The position numbers and the translations under genes are program-made. Positions 13,201 through 28,205 of a stretch of DNA of 64,000 bases are shown here, one piece after another. The DNA is from Podarcis liolepis (taxonomy: Eukaryota), in NCBI GenBank assembly GCA_965112155.1, contig OZ218103.1; one strand, given 5' to 3'. Numbering within the stretch: position 1 is the stretch's first letter; every line of letters starts with the position of its first letter. Below the pieces are notes generated by a model that was not told the DNA's origin, ran no database searches, and saw only the letters and a list, made by a program, of their open reading frames with translations.

Positions 13201-16200
13201 AGATGCGGATTGCATTCGCTTCTGGATGCGAACAGGGCTCTGGAATGGATCCCGTTCACATTCAGAGGTACCACTGTAGTAATTAACACTTTCTGTTCAC
13301 TGACTTAGAATACTCTTATCCTGAATTTCTTCTGTTGAGGGCAATTGAGACTTTTACCAGTCCCCAACTGCTGTGTTGTACTTGATTGCATGGTTATCTG
13401 TAGTATCGTCCCCACTCAACCATATCTGCCCTCTTCTGATCTAAAGAACCGGAGAGCAGGGTGTTACTCTTTTTTGTAATATGGAGAGAGTTAACATTTC
13501 ATGAACCAGGTACCCAACAGTAAGGGATCTGGATTTGGCTTTTTACTGTCTTACAAGCATATATAAAATAGTGGCTAAGTTGCTATTTTCTACCTTCTAG
13601 GCACTCCACCAGTTGTATTATGACCCCAATATTGAAAACAAGAATCTGGCTCAGAAATGGTTGATGCAAGCTCAAGTCTCACCACAAGCCTGGCACTTCA
13701 GTTGGCTACTTCTCGATATGGACAAGGTGCCTGAGATCCAGTACTTTGGGGCCAGCGCCCTCCACATCAAGATTTCACGCTACTGGAATGACATCCCAGC
13801 TGACCAGTATGAAAGCCTCAAGTCACAGCTCTTCAGCCAAATAACCCGTTTTGCTAGTGGTTCCAAGATTGTGCTGACCCGGCTTTGTGTGGCACTGGCT
13901 TCATTAGCACTAAACATGATGCCAGAGGCCTGGCCATGTGCTGTTGCTGACATGGTGCGCATGTTTCAGGCAGAGGACTCTAATGTTGATGGGCGAGCAC
14001 GCTGCCTGGCACTCTTAGAGCTGCTGACTGTTCTGCCTGAGGAGTTCCAAACCAGCCGCCTGCCTCAGTACCGTAAGGGGCAGGTGCGTAGTGTCTTGGC
14101 ACAGGAGTGCAGTTCTGTCTTCCCCCTGCTAGAGCAATTACTACAGCAACAAGACTCTCCCAGCTTCATTAAGCAGAAGGTGTTGAAGTGTTTTTCGAGC
14201 TGGGTGCAGTTAGAGATTCCCCTGATGGAGTGTGAGAACTTGATCCAGGCAGCCTTCACCTCTTTGCGCGATCCAGAACTCTTTGATACAGCTGTGGAGG
14301 CCATTGTCAATGCCATTTCCCAGCCTGATGCTCAGAGGTAAGTGTTGTTTCCAAATTGTGGGTCAGTTGTGGTTACAGTTGTGCAGCCTCCCCTGTAAGC
14401 TGACTGTTTCCACATGCAGCAATCAAGGGGAGAACCTGTATTGACAGAACTTTCAATCAGCTTTCTCAACCACACTCTGATTCCAACAAAGAGGTTATAG
14501 AGTGCGCTTGTTTAGAGTTTCATATCCATGGACAGTACATAAATTCCGCAGGTCTTCTTGAAGATGGGGGGCAAGGGAGGAGATTGAGGAACTCTTGAAT
14601 TGGCGCAACCATTGGCAAGCAAGCATCCACCTTTTGTGGACTTTTTTAGTTACTACGTATCAGCCAATAAAAACAGAATTACCTAGTGCTGAAATTAAGC
14701 TAAAACCAACCAATAAGAACAGAATTACCAGAACTGAAATTAAGCTAAAACTAGTATTATTAACTTTTAAATAATCGCGTGGTTGATTCTTGTGAGACAG
14801 AATTCTACCAAGCTTCAAAACAAACATTCTGTAGCCACAGCCAATCTACAAGAGCATCTGTTGGTTCTGTTATGATTTCAACTAGGGGAGGATCTCGTAA
14901 GCTTCAGGAGAGTTCATGGAGTGGCCAGACAGCTCAGCTTTGGGCCCCTACCCATTAGAGTCTTGCATTGTGTCTTCATCCAGGTCTTAAATCACCTCTC
15001 TGTTAATTCATTTGCTGTGGCTGTTGGTTGTAGTTCTTTGTCTTGTGTGATATGAAAGGTAGTAATGAATGGAGGAATTCACCTTTTTTCTGTAGAGGTT
15101 CACTGGTGTGCATTAATTCAGTAACCCCTCTGAGCACAGTATGGAATCTAAGTGAGTAGGGGAGTTGTCCAGGACTATTGGTCTGTTTCAAAATCTGTTA
15201 ATGACTAGCAGAGCTAGAATCTGTTGTGACTACATTGGTGTGGTTCTGGGTGCAAACATAATTGGGAAGTTTCTCTCAGCAGACAGGGCCTGTAATATAG
15301 TTTGCTTCCTATCTCCTTTCATCTCCTGTCTTTCCTTCCCTACTCCCAACACCTCTCCTTCCCTGACTGTATTTGTTCATAGTACAGATTACATCCTTGA
15401 TGTCTGGGAGCTAGAGGCCTTGCCCACAGGCTCGTCAATAAAGCTAGGGTTTTTTTTGTTTTGTTTTTAAGGAAATGAGTGCTGTGGTTCTTCAGGTGGC
15501 AGAACTATTCATGACAACAGATATTATAGGCTTGGAAATGTATAACATACTCAATTTAGATAAAAGAAAATTATAGGGAACATGATACCAGTGTTCAAAT
15601 ATCTAAAAGGATGGCAGAGTAAACCACTATTTACCAGTGCTGCTGGAAAAAAGAGAAACATTGGCCTTAAGTGGTAATAGAATAGACTTGGGTTAGATTT
15701 CAAAAATACATTTTTCATAAGAATAAAGGTGCAATAGAACAAACTCCTCAGGGTTGAAGTAGAGCAGGAGCCGGGACCTTAAACACGGAGGCCAAATGAG
15801 ACCCTCCAGGTCTCTTTCTGGCCCTCAAGATGCTGCCCAGGCCAGGCCCCTTCCCCAGGCCACACCTCTCATCAGCTGTACGCCACTCCTTCCTCAAGTG
15901 CTTTTTTGGGGCTGAAATGTGTCCTTGAACTGTGATTGATAATGTCTCTTACCTGGATGGGGAATGGAGAAATAGGTATGGATGTGTAAAAACCTGACTT
16001 TTGCTTAGCTGGAATGTGGTCTATTATACCAAGTCACAGCTGTTGCTTTGTTCTCTTTTGCCTCTGACCCTATTTACTACTGGCATGCAACCCCTAGAAG
16101 GTTGCCCATGAGAGATATGGCCTTTGGGCTGAAGAGGTTTTCCCATCCCTGCTGTAATGTCTCATTCTATGCAGTTCTTATGAGAGAGTTGGATGAGCAT

Positions 16201-19200
16201 TGGCTGTGTGTGCATGAGTTTAGATCTTAGAATGGTGATCCAATTTAGCCATACTCTTAATAGACCAATTGACATCAGTGGACAAGCCCATTGATATCAG
16301 TGGATTTACTCAAATGAGTATGGCTTACATTGGATAATCACCTTTATAGTCTCTTGCATGTTCTTAGTGGTTGCCAAATTAGAATTATAAGGTCAGGTGT
16401 ATAGTAAAGTAATTATTTCACTTGTATTCAAGTGTGTTGTGACACTGGGCCATATACAATTAAACTGTTGCTCCAGCAGGAGCCAGTGCAATGAGCACAA
16501 TGGGATTTCTCCCTTCTCCCCCCCCCCAATCATATACCCCTGGGCCATCCCCAGATCTACTCCAAAGGGTTAGAGGAACCCCCACAACGGGGCGGGGGAG
16601 AGGAGATGGTTTGTCAGACAAGCATAAATGCTTGTGCTGATGGAACAATTCCCTTAGCACTAAGTTGATTGCAACCTATTCAAAGGGGACCAGAAAGGGA
16701 ATTTGTTAATCCTCTTTAGCAGTAATATTAAATTCTGAATTATGCTTACTGCTACAACCCACCATTTATTTAAACTCAATCTGCTGAATGACTCAAAAAC
16801 CACTAGCAAGGACTAATTTAGATGTGGCAAGGAATCTATGTGCTAGTTACATGACTTGAGGTGGTTCAGCCACTACTAGCTACACCAAAGTGGTACATAC
16901 AGAAAGACAAATACCCCCAACAACCTTATGCTTACCATGAGGAACCAGCAATGTCTTGCTGGTCCTGATTATGGAGATCACACATACACAGATGTAGTTG
17001 CTGTGTAATGACAACAGGGAGCATTCTTTAGTACCAGGAAAAATATACAAGGTAGTCATACCACTCTCATTTCATTGAAATCACTTAGGAGGTATCTACA
17101 CATTTTGCTCACAGAGTCTAGGGCACCTGCCCAGTGGCACCACTGGAAGCCTTCATAGGTGCCATGTTGCCTGTAGCAACCACTACATGAGAGAGGATCT
17201 TTTTGTGGTGGCTCTGCACTTCTGGAATATTTCCTTGTCATGGTTCATAAATCATCAACCCTATAAGCAATTAGGAGAGCACTAAAAGTCAATCTGTTCT
17301 CTCTGGCCTTTGCTTAAGACTGTGTTTTGCTTCATGCTATAGCTGGTGATTTTAGACTGTATTTTATGATTTCATAGAATCATACAAGTGTAGAGTTAGA
17401 AGGCACCCTGAAGATCATCTAGTCCAACCCCTGCAATCCAGGAATCTCAGCTGAAGCATCCATGACATATGACCATCCAGCTTCTGCTTAAAAACTTCAG
17501 TGAAGGAAAGTCTACCGCCTTCCAAGGGAGTCTGTTTAGCTTTGGGTTGGCTGAATATTCATTATTTTTTAACTAGACTGGCTTTTCTGAAGCATTCTTA
17601 TCATGGTTGCATTGTGCCTTGAGAGGGTTTTTGTCCTTAAAAGTGGCCTAAAAATATTATAATTCTCCCTGTCACCCGCCCCCCAAATAAGAGCTTAAGC
17701 AAGGTCAAAAGAAACTTAAAACACATCACTAGCAAATACACCATAACTATGCATTTCAGGAATCAGAATACAGGCCACGGAATAGCACTGGCACTCACTC
17801 TCGGTCAGTCTTTAATGTTTTAACCATAGGTTACAACAGAAGCACTCTCTACCTTAGGGAATAAGTAAGCTTGTGTGTAGAAGCCCAAAATGATAAACAC
17901 TGGGTGCCATTAGGTGGCCACAAGGAAAAATGTGACATGAAAGACTAGTTTGAGAGTGGGTGACAGCAGGGCAAGATAGTGGTTGTATAAGCTTTGTAGG
18001 GAGGGAGCAACAAGGGTTGTGTGTGTGCATGCAGTGCCATTGTTTTCACTAGAGATCAGTGAGGAATGAGAGGAAGTTGAATAGCAATATGATTCTGGCT
18101 GGATCAACAGGATTAAGCTCTGTTTCTCCTTTCAGTCTCTGTTGCTCTTAAGAATCTCCCTTGACCTCTCTGAGTGTGCTGCTGCCCCCTCCCCCCCAAT
18201 GCATTGTCTGTGGATGCTTGCTGGCAGCCTTGATGCACATGCTTTTCTGTTGTCGGCAACCACTGGAGCTGGCGCACTTCCCCTCCTCCATCCACTTCAG
18301 TTTTTGCACACAGCAATGCAGAACTGGATTCATTTGAGTTGCCCCTCAGGGCATAAATGCTTCCTTCTTCCTCACCTCCTTCCTACGTTTGCAGCTTATT
18401 GAGCAGCCTGATCTCTCTACCCCTGGCTTCTAAACACCAGTGACGTGACCACATACTTTTCCCTTTGCAGGATATTATATGCCTAGTGACTGTGGGCAGA
18501 TGGGCATCTGTCTACTCGCTTAGGCTGCTTTCAAACCAAGACCTGGCATTCTGTGATATGTCCCAAGTAAATTGATATGACGGTGGTCCTAATTGTCCTG
18601 AGAACTTAAAAAAATGATAGAGGAATTGGGTCTCCAGTGCAGAACTCAGCCTTGAAGGTGATGTTAGCATATGGATGGCCTTTGAACTGTTTAGTGCTGC
18701 ATGCATGCACATTGGTGTGTTCTTCCACCTGTATCTATGAGCTGCATGTGCGGTGGGGGCAGGCATGCGAGTGCAGAATAGCTGTGTCTCCAGATAATAT
18801 GCCTCAGTAGCCAGGTAACTGACAGCTGGCCGATTAGCCGCCAGCACAGCCTCTCTCTGGGGGCCATCCTTTGCTCTTCCCCTCCATTTCCTCTGTGCTT
18901 GTTGTCATGGTTACAATCACTTATTGGCAGCAGCAGGGAGATTGACAGGCATGAAATTGCTTATATGGTGCTGGAATGCTGCTGTGCACAGGGAGGCAGT
19001 AGCTGCCTGGATGCCCCCAGGAGACCACTGTATGAGCATTGTACTTTTGATTTTAGGAAATGGATATTCAAGGGTCTTGACTCTTTCAGCCTCCCGCCTC
19101 CCCTTTACCAACAGATTCTTGAGATGGAATAAATTCTGTGAATGGCATACAGCTTTAGATTTGTATTCCATTTCAGAATATGTTTCATCCTGAATGCATG

Positions 19201-22200
19201 AAAATGTTGTGAAATGTTGTGGGGTAATGGAACTATACAGAAGGAAGGACAAGCACCAAGCATTGTGAGTAGACGAGGGAAGCCAGAACAGGGAAACCAT
19301 ATCCAGATTATTTTTCCCTGAAGTTTGAGCAGAACACACTCATCCTTGAAATCTGAGTTCAGATTTTAAATTCACCTGTAGCTGGTAAATTCCAGAAGAG
19401 TAGTGATGTTGAGTTTTTGCAGCAAAAACAAAAGTCTTTTACATTTATGTATTGGTTGAGGTTTAAGGGCCATATCTCAGTGGCAGAGCATCTGCCTTGC
19501 ATAAGAAGGAGATAGAGAGCTACAGAACTTTTAAAAGACATCTGAAGGCAGCCCTGTATTGGGAAGTTTTTAATGTTTAATGTTTTACAATATTTTATAT
19601 GTGCTGGAAGCCGCCCAGTGGCTGGGGTATAAATAATGACATTATTGTTGTTATCAAGAAGGTCCCAGGTTCAATCCCTGACATTTCCAGCTAGAGCCAG
19701 AACTGTGTCCTTGCTCAAACCTTCGAGAGCTGCTGCCAGTCAGTGTAGACAGTACTGAGCTAGATGGGCCAGTGGTCTGACTCAGTATAAGGCAGTTTCC
19801 TATGTTCCTGCCTGTGCAATTGGGCCTGTGCATGTATGGGCACCTACCTCATATATTAAGTGGTGTGTGTGGTGAGAGGGAAATGCACAGCTGCATCTCC
19901 ACCAGAGTTTTTTGATCCTGGTATTTAGTATGTGCTCATTATTTTAAGTGTTTGGATAACCCTCACAAAGCAGTTTGTATAAATCATTTAAAATAACATG
20001 CTTCAATTAAAGTACAATGACAATGAACATAAACAGCAAGGGAAAAACAAAAGCCAGATAAAACCATCATTTGAGACTAAAAGACACTAAAGTGTATGGC
20101 TGAATGAAAAGATCCTCATTTGGTATGGAAAGTAAGTAGAATTAGCACCAGGCAGATCTCCTGGGGGGAGAGCATTGCAGAGACAGGGCATCACAGTAGA
20201 AAAAGCCCCATTGTACATCACCATCCATCTTGCTTCGGATGGGGGAGGGCACAAAAAGCCTCAGAGGATCTTAAAACCCTGGCTGGTTCATGTGGGAGGA
20301 AGTAGTTACTGAGGTATCTTCATCCCAAGCTGTTTAGATCTTTAAATAGCACAGTGAATTTGCTCTGGAAATCAATGCAGGAGCCAGTGCAGTTGTTTTA
20401 AGACTGGCAAGATGTGTTCCATATATCTCATCCCAAATAGTGCAAAGTATGGCAACTAGGTTACTAACTGACTTCCAAACTCTTCAAGGTCAGCCCCATA
20501 TACAATACATTGCAACAATCTGAATGGGATTTTCCTGGAGCATGATTAATTGTGGTTAGCTTGGTTGTACCAGCCTAGAGTAGTAAAAGGTATTTTGTAC
20601 CACTGAGGTTTCTTGGGCATCCAGAAGTAAGGCTAGATCTCATAGCACCTCCAGACTGTGTATCCAATCTACTAAGGCAGGCAAACCACCTATCAATAGA
20701 ACTTGTCATGACTGAGCTTCAGGACATTGGTCCTCATGCAGCCGATTACGGGTTCCAGGCACCAATTCAGCACTTTTAAAGGCCACAGCACCAGCTGAAT
20801 TAGAAGGAAAAATGATAGAGGTGGGTGTCAAGTGCGCCCTAAATTCTCAAATCTCACTCAGTAGTTTCATGTAGATCAGGGATAGAGAACACATGACCCT
20901 CCTGATGTTGGTGGACTCCCAACTCCCATCAGTCCCAGCCAGTGTGTGTAATAATCAGGGATGATGGGAGCTGTACTTCAACATCTGGAGAACCACTGGT
21001 TCCCCATTCCCAAATAGATGTTGGTATAACATAGGAAGGGCAGACTAGAGTTGTGTGGAACAACATGGCATGACTGTCATGGGTCACAGCAACAGTCCAG
21101 CACCATGACCTTCTAGAACTGATGATTCATGTTGGTATGGGATCGCCAAAGTGTGGTTCCCCTGTTCTCCCCCAGTGCAGCCAATCTAGAAGGATAGCAA
21201 TGTCAATAGTATTGAAAGTCATGAGGTGTATAGTTGAATTAGCAGGGTCTCATTCCCGTGGCATAGATCACTCATAAGGGAGACTAAGACAGTTTCAGTT
21301 CCAAAACCAAGCTGGAAACTAATCTGAAATGGCCTCAGAAAATTAATGTTGCTCTGGGGAGCTCCAGCCCTTTTCAGCACCCTATTTTCTAGGTTTTAGC
21401 ATGTGTCCTAAACAGTTACTCTTCTAGCATGCAGTATAATCATCATCATAATCATCATCACCAGAATCATGCTAGAACGTAACAAAGTAGACTGAGTTCT
21501 GAAGCCTACCTCTCACAACATTGTTATCAAGGCCTCTTTCACTTGTTCAACCTCCATGAGGTATGTTCTGTCATCTGCCTACAAATCTGTATCTGTTATC
21601 CTATGTAGAACATAGCAGAGGATTCTTAATATGGCTAGGACATGATGTTTGTTAGCGAATTTTACACTTTACATTATCTTTTGGTATGAAAAGGGATTGT
21701 TGATGGCTACCTCACTGCATCCCATGAAGTGTTACAACCATGGTTTCATCTTGCACAGACAGGACACAACTTAGTGTGAGCTGGTTCCTTTGGCATTCAT
21801 CTGGGGAAAAGAATGCATCTAACTGGGTTATATGTTCATCTGCGCTCAGCAGATATTACTGCACTTAGGCTTTATTGGGACCAGGATATGTTATATTTTG
21901 TTGTCTTGGCCTTACTGTAAAATACTTTCTCTTCCATGGTGTATACAAACCTTCTTCCTATTTGAGGTATTTCATGTAGGCTCATGTCATGAGTTACAGT
22001 GGTACCTCAGGTTAAGAACTTAATTTGTTCTGGAGGTCTATTCTTAACTTGAAACTGTTCTTAACCTGAGGTACCACTTTAGCTAATGGGGCCTCCTGCT
22101 GCCGCTGCGCTGCCACCACATGATTTCTGTTCTCATCCTGAAGCAAAGTTCTTAACCTGAGGTACTATTTCTGGGTTAGTGGAGTCTGTAACCTGAAGCG

Positions 22201-25200
22201 TCTGTAACCTGAAGCATCTGTAATCCAAGGTACCACTGTATTAGTCTTTAAAGTGCTACAGGACTCTTCATCATGAAAGTTCTAGGTATGTTCTCTCAGC
22301 AGTGTTTGTTAGCTTACAAGACCTGTAGATCAGGAATTTTGAAAGGTTTGTTGTGGAAGAGAAGGCCATTTAATGTAAGTTATCAATATTCTGTGCCAGG
22401 AAGAATCATTTAAGAGGTATAGCAAATCTCATATCTGAAAAATTTCACTTCCAAGAGGCAAAATGGGTATTCATGTGTTGGTTAATGTGACAGTAGTTTG
22501 CATGCGACAAGCCTAGAGATAACAAAATACACTCTTTACAGTTGGCTTGGGTTTCCTGACTGACGTAGGCACCTTCAGAGTTGTGGAGGAGAGGTCTGTG
22601 TAAGATGCCCTTGGTGTTTGGGGCTTTTATATTTAGATAAAAGACAAGAAGAGGATGATAGAACTTCAAAAAAATCATGAGTTGTGTGGTGGAGAATTTT
22701 TTTCTTACTCCCAACACTCAGGGTCACTCACTATTGATTGGCAAATTGAGGATAGACAAAAAGAAAATAGTTCTTCACACAGTGCACAACTAACTTGTGG
22801 AATTCACTGGTGCAAGAGATAAGCCACCTTCATGGGGGGAAATGGTCTATGAAAGGTCAGTAGCAATAGTATTTAACAGAAACTCCAGGCTCACAGATTA
22901 TATAACTCCCGAGTACAGTTGCTGCAGAGCAAATTGTAGGACAGGACTGTTACCTTCATCCCTTGCTTACGAGCTTCCTGAAGCATCTGGTTGGGCAACA
23001 TGGGAAATGGAAGGCTGGGCAAAACTGCTATCTGGCTTGATTCAGCAGGAGTCATCTTACATTTGTGATTGAAGGTTCATTATTTTAGGAGGCTATATAG
23101 GCATAAAGCCTCCCATATCCTCTCTCCCTTGGCAGGTATGTGAATACTCTTCTGAAGCTCATCCCACCTGTACTGGGACTCCAGGAACAACTACGTCAAG
23201 CAGTTCAGAGCAGGGATATGGAGACATCTCATGGGATCTGCCGCATTGCTGTTGCCCTGGGGGAGAATCATTCCCGGTGAGGAGCATGGTGATGGAATCT
23301 GATAGCAATGATCAGTAGAAAGTGGAGCTATTTTGGGGAGTGTTCCCTCTGCCCTACCATAGCTGTCAACTGTCTCTTATTTGGCGGGAAAGTCCCTTAT
23401 CCCAGCATCTTGTCCCACTGCTGTCCCTTATTGATGATGTCCCTTAAATTTCCTGGGTTTCAAAGGATGCAGCTCATCTCCCTGCCGACCAGGGAGGAGG
23501 GAGGCTCCAACTGTGTTGCTTGGCTGCGTTGCTCACCCAGTAAGGAGTCTAAGAATGACTGGGGGGGCGGAGCTTGCATGCCTTGTGCTGCGTTGCCTGG
23601 GGACTCACCTTTGCTCAGTGCTTCCCAGCGGAGAGGTGACGGTGGTTTTCCTGGCTGCATCCCCTTTGCCAGGTTGCTGCGCTGTGGGAACCACCTCTTG
23701 AGGCTTCATTTGGCTGTTGGCTGGGCTTTCTGCCTTTGGTTCAGAAGCGGTCAGAAGATGAACATACCTGTTCTGGGAAAATCCCTTATTTTGGCTGCTG
23801 ATCCCTTATTTTTGAGGCTGCTGGTCCCTTATTTTCAAATCTGTAAGTTGACAGCTATGTGCCCTACTAGGTTTCTTTGTAGCTAAGCAGCCCATAAGTC
23901 TCCCAAACCTCATTCTAAAGCAGCTCAAAGATCCAAAGGGTCATATGGATGCTAATGTATCTGTGCATGATAGTAGAGATACTATACCAGGCATGGCCAG
24001 AGTTGGCCCACCAGCTGTTTTGGGACTATAGTTCCCATCATCCCTGACCACTGGTCCTGTTAGCTAGGGATGATGGGAGTTGGAGTCCCAAAACAGCTGG
24101 AGGGCGAAATTTGGCCATGCCTGGACTATACGGAACCCCTTTCCACTTGCTTGAGTTGGCCGAATCCCTTTCAGTTTGCTTTCTAGCCCTTTTCCTGTAG
24201 AGCAGGCATCCCCAAACTCGGTCCTCCAGCTGCTTTGGGACTACAATTCCCATCATCCCTGACCACTGGTCCTGTTAGCTAGGGATAATGGGAGTTGTAG
24301 TCCTAAAACAGCTGGAAGGCTGAGTTTGGGGATGCCTGCTGTAGAGGGTATAGTGCACTAATGTACTGTACTGTATTATCCCAAATGTGGGGTGACTGCT
24401 GTTTCTATGCACCTGCAATGGCAGAGCCAATTCCTGATGCAGTGTGCCTACTATCTCCCACAGAGCTCTCTTGGACCAAGTGGACCACTGGCAGAGCTTC
24501 CTAGCACTGGTTAACATGATCATGTTCTGCACTGGGATCCCAGGACACTATCCTGTCAATGAGACCACGAGTTCACTTACACTCACTTTCTGGTATACAC
24601 TTCAGGTAAGTGTTAGCCACCTTCATGAAGTGGACTTCTTCAGTGCCATCTTTATAGGTTTGTTCTCTGGCTTGTACTTTGGTTGGTGCCAGGCATGTGC
24701 TTGTACTAGCGGTTCTGCATGCCTCTACATGAAAGAGTTGGCAAGGCTAATAGCTAGCACATTAAAGTTGTTTATGACGATTACACTAATTGTTCTGCAA
24801 TTGTTCTGCACTTGTCATGTAGATTGTATAGATATTGGCTCTGGATTGAGTATAATGGAATGTTCTGGAATTGTCCACTAGAAGCTTTGAGGCCAAACTT
24901 GATGTATGCTCTGTGCTTAATGGAGTGGAAATTCTTGCATTCTTGCATGCATATATTGAAGGCCAGAGTGAGTGACAAGGATGTATAGTAATTCTGCTCA
25001 CTGTATAAACATGGTGTATAAACATAGTTGTGTTCCAGTAATATGTTCTGTGGCAACAGAGAAGATGCTCAGATATACCTGTGAGCCTTAAACTCCTTTT
25101 AGGTCCTGCAGGTATTTATTTGCAGCTCAGACTCCACCTTCTTCAAGAAGTGTGTAAACTAAACACTTCATTACATGAATCAAATTATTCGCTATGAGGT

Positions 25201-28156
25201 AGATTTATCATCTTCCTCTCTTTCTGCTAGAGAACAACTTGACTGTGAGTACCCTGTTTTGACAGGAAGAGAGCTCCATTTAGTTTGCTGTCTAGTGGTG
25301 GCAAGGTATTTCTTTACTAGAGTAACCCATAGTGCATCAGTGGCCTTATTGGAAGAGCCTTACAGATAATAGCTCTTTTCAGCTATGGAAGAAGACCAAG
25401 TTTGTTCTCTGTCTTGACAGGCAAAGTGCTGCTATTCCCAGTTCCAAGCACAATTAATGCAGATGCAGATTTGTCTCTTGTGGTGTATGTGTGCTGCTAT
25501 GCTGAGACACAGTCCTCGAAGCAGTGCAGCCTGGTCTGACTTGCCCTCCCCACCCCCACACTTCCTTGGAGCCCAGAAGCTTCATTAGCATGGCAAATTA
25601 GCCTGACATACTCCTGCACTGCCCAAGAGCAAGGCTAGCTGTTGAGCTGCTGCTTCTCTGGGTGCCAGCTTGAAATGAGATGAGGTCATGCATTGTCTCA
25701 GTGTGTGACTGGCGCAGTACTTGAGTCCACAGGCACATCGTTCCTAATGAAGGGAACAAAACTGAAGCAGCATCTTTTATAGGCTGCTCAAGAGCAGAGA
25801 GACAGCAGAAGACTTTTTCTGCATGGTCTAACCCACACCAGTACACACCTTTGCAGTTTCCTATGGGTTCCCAAAACCTTTGGTAATTTTGTGCCAGACA
25901 GCCCAGGATCAGCCTTTTCTATTTCCTTCATAAGCTCTGCCTAGTGGAAGAATCTTAAATCAGAGGTTTAGTGAAGCCTCCAGGATTGTATTCACTGACC
26001 CAGAATCCCTTCTTACTTTTCTTTTCTATACATCTGTTTTTGCATCAGCCTAGTTTATAAGGTAACCTTGTCCATGCCAGCCTTGAGCAGCATAGGAATA
26101 CCCAGCTTTCTTCTTGGAGCAGACATTGCTATACTGTAGGGGACGGATTTATTCCTTAACTGGCTAAAACTGTCTCTAAAGGAAAGAACCAAGGTGTTGG
26201 TCACTAAAAGTAGAAGAAAGCAGACATGGTCAGCTGCTTTACCAGCCTGTGATGGCTTCTGTACTTGTCTAGTTGGTGTCAATGTATTGAGAAGGAATGA
26301 TACTACAGAGAGAGTGACCTGACAAAATATGTAGAACTCCTCCTAAAAGCTAGGAAGGATCTTTGATGCATTAAGGAGAATATTTGAGTGGAGTAACTTG
26401 ACTCTAAAATGTCATTTCTGAGTTTCCCATATAGAGATTCAACAGCAATGAGAGGTGATTCCCCCCCACCCCCAATCACATCAAAATGCTTGGGGGACTG
26501 ATTGTGTTAACATCAACATGATTGCTGGAGTTCAGGGCTGATTTTTACAACCTCCACTTGTTGAATGATCTTTTTCTTTGCAGGATGACATCCTCTCTTT
26601 TGATCCAGAAAAGCAGGCCATGTATCAGCAGGTATATCGGCCTGTCTATTTCCAGCTGGTGGATGTGCTCCTGCACAAGGCACAGTTTCCCTCTGATGAA
26701 GAGTACAGCTGCTGGTCCTCTGATGAAAAGGAGCAATTTCGGATATACCGGTATGACCTTTTGCCTAATCATATCCCTTAGCATTCAGTTGGTGTGCAGT
26801 GCTTATAATCTGCAGAAGAGGAAGTTGATCATGCTTCATTAATGGGAGTAAACATTGAACTTGCCCTGATTTGGCTATGGGCTATAACTGTTTCAGCAAT
26901 TTAGCTGCTATTTAGTAATGTGGGAGTGTTTTGTAACTCTTTTTTTCTATTGCTCATTTGCTCATTTCCTTAGAGTGGACATCTCTGACACCTTGATGTA
27001 TGTGTATGAAATGCTTGGAGCAGAGCTGTTGAGCAGCTTATATGACAAACTAGGTCGCCTCTTGACCAACACAGAGCAGCCATCCTCATGGCAGGTGAGT
27101 GGAGAGCTCCACCCTCAAATGGAACACAAGCTAGAGGAATGCAGCAAGCACAGAGGCTGAAGATGCTGCAAATTTTTAAGAAAGGATGGTACTAGTCCTT
27201 GTTAGACCTGGGGCGAGAGCATTGTGGAAGAGAGGTGCCTAAGGTAAAGTGAAGGTGCAGAGTGTCTTGATCAGAAGAGCCATCTGTTAAATCTCACAGC
27301 AGTATGTGTAGAAGGGCAATCCAAAGTCACAAAACTCCAAAAAGTTGTTAGAATTGTTGAGTGGGTCTGAAATGTGTCAACCTCTTCCTTGTAGTGTACA
27401 TCTGAGTTGGTTACTTACAAAATTGGGACTGAAGGATTGCTTTTATGCCCCAACTTTCAGCTTGCTGATTTGTCTCCTAGTGTTAGACACTGCTGGTGGT
27501 TTTTGCAAGCATTCTGGCACACCTCCCATCACTGTGTGGCAGCCACCAAATTACCGTATTTTTCGCTCTATAACACGCACCTGACCATAACACGCACGTA
27601 GTTTTTAGAGGAGGAAAACAAGAAAAAAATATTCTAAACAAAACAGTGGATGTATGATTTTTGTGGTTCATGCTGTGGCCACAGACATGTGATCTGACGG
27701 TGAGTTTGGGGTAGCCCAATGCAAAAATCCTGAGGATCCATGTGGGTCCATGCTTTGTAACCACGTTTTTGCCCCATTGCGGCCCCATGAAACAGTGGGT
27801 GCGTGTGTGTTTCTTGTGCAGGCTGTAGCCATGGACATGCTATGTGATCTGATGGTGAATTTGGGGTGACCCAGTGCAAAAATCCTGAGGATCCATGTGG
27901 ATCCGTGCTTTGTAACCACGTTTTAAGTGGGGAGGGAAGGAAAAGCACTCAAGGGACAAGGAGCACACGTGGGGGGTGTGGAGAAGGGTGCTGCTAATAA
28001 TGCAGGAGAGGCTCCTCTCCGGCTTTGCTCCTTTAGAACAAGCAGGCTCTGCATCTCTCCCTCCTCCCCAGCAAGGAAACCACGATAGTAACCACTCTGA
28101 GACAAATCAAGAAAAAGTGCGACCAACACTCTCCCCCAACAAGCACAGTGAGGTCA

Positions 28157-28205
<49 letters not shown>

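Noticed and set aside
23308-23886. 192-aa ATG-initiated ORF spanning the 502-bp hAT element
   Set aside because: No transposase motifs; it runs across the TIRs into flanking DNA; most likely chance.
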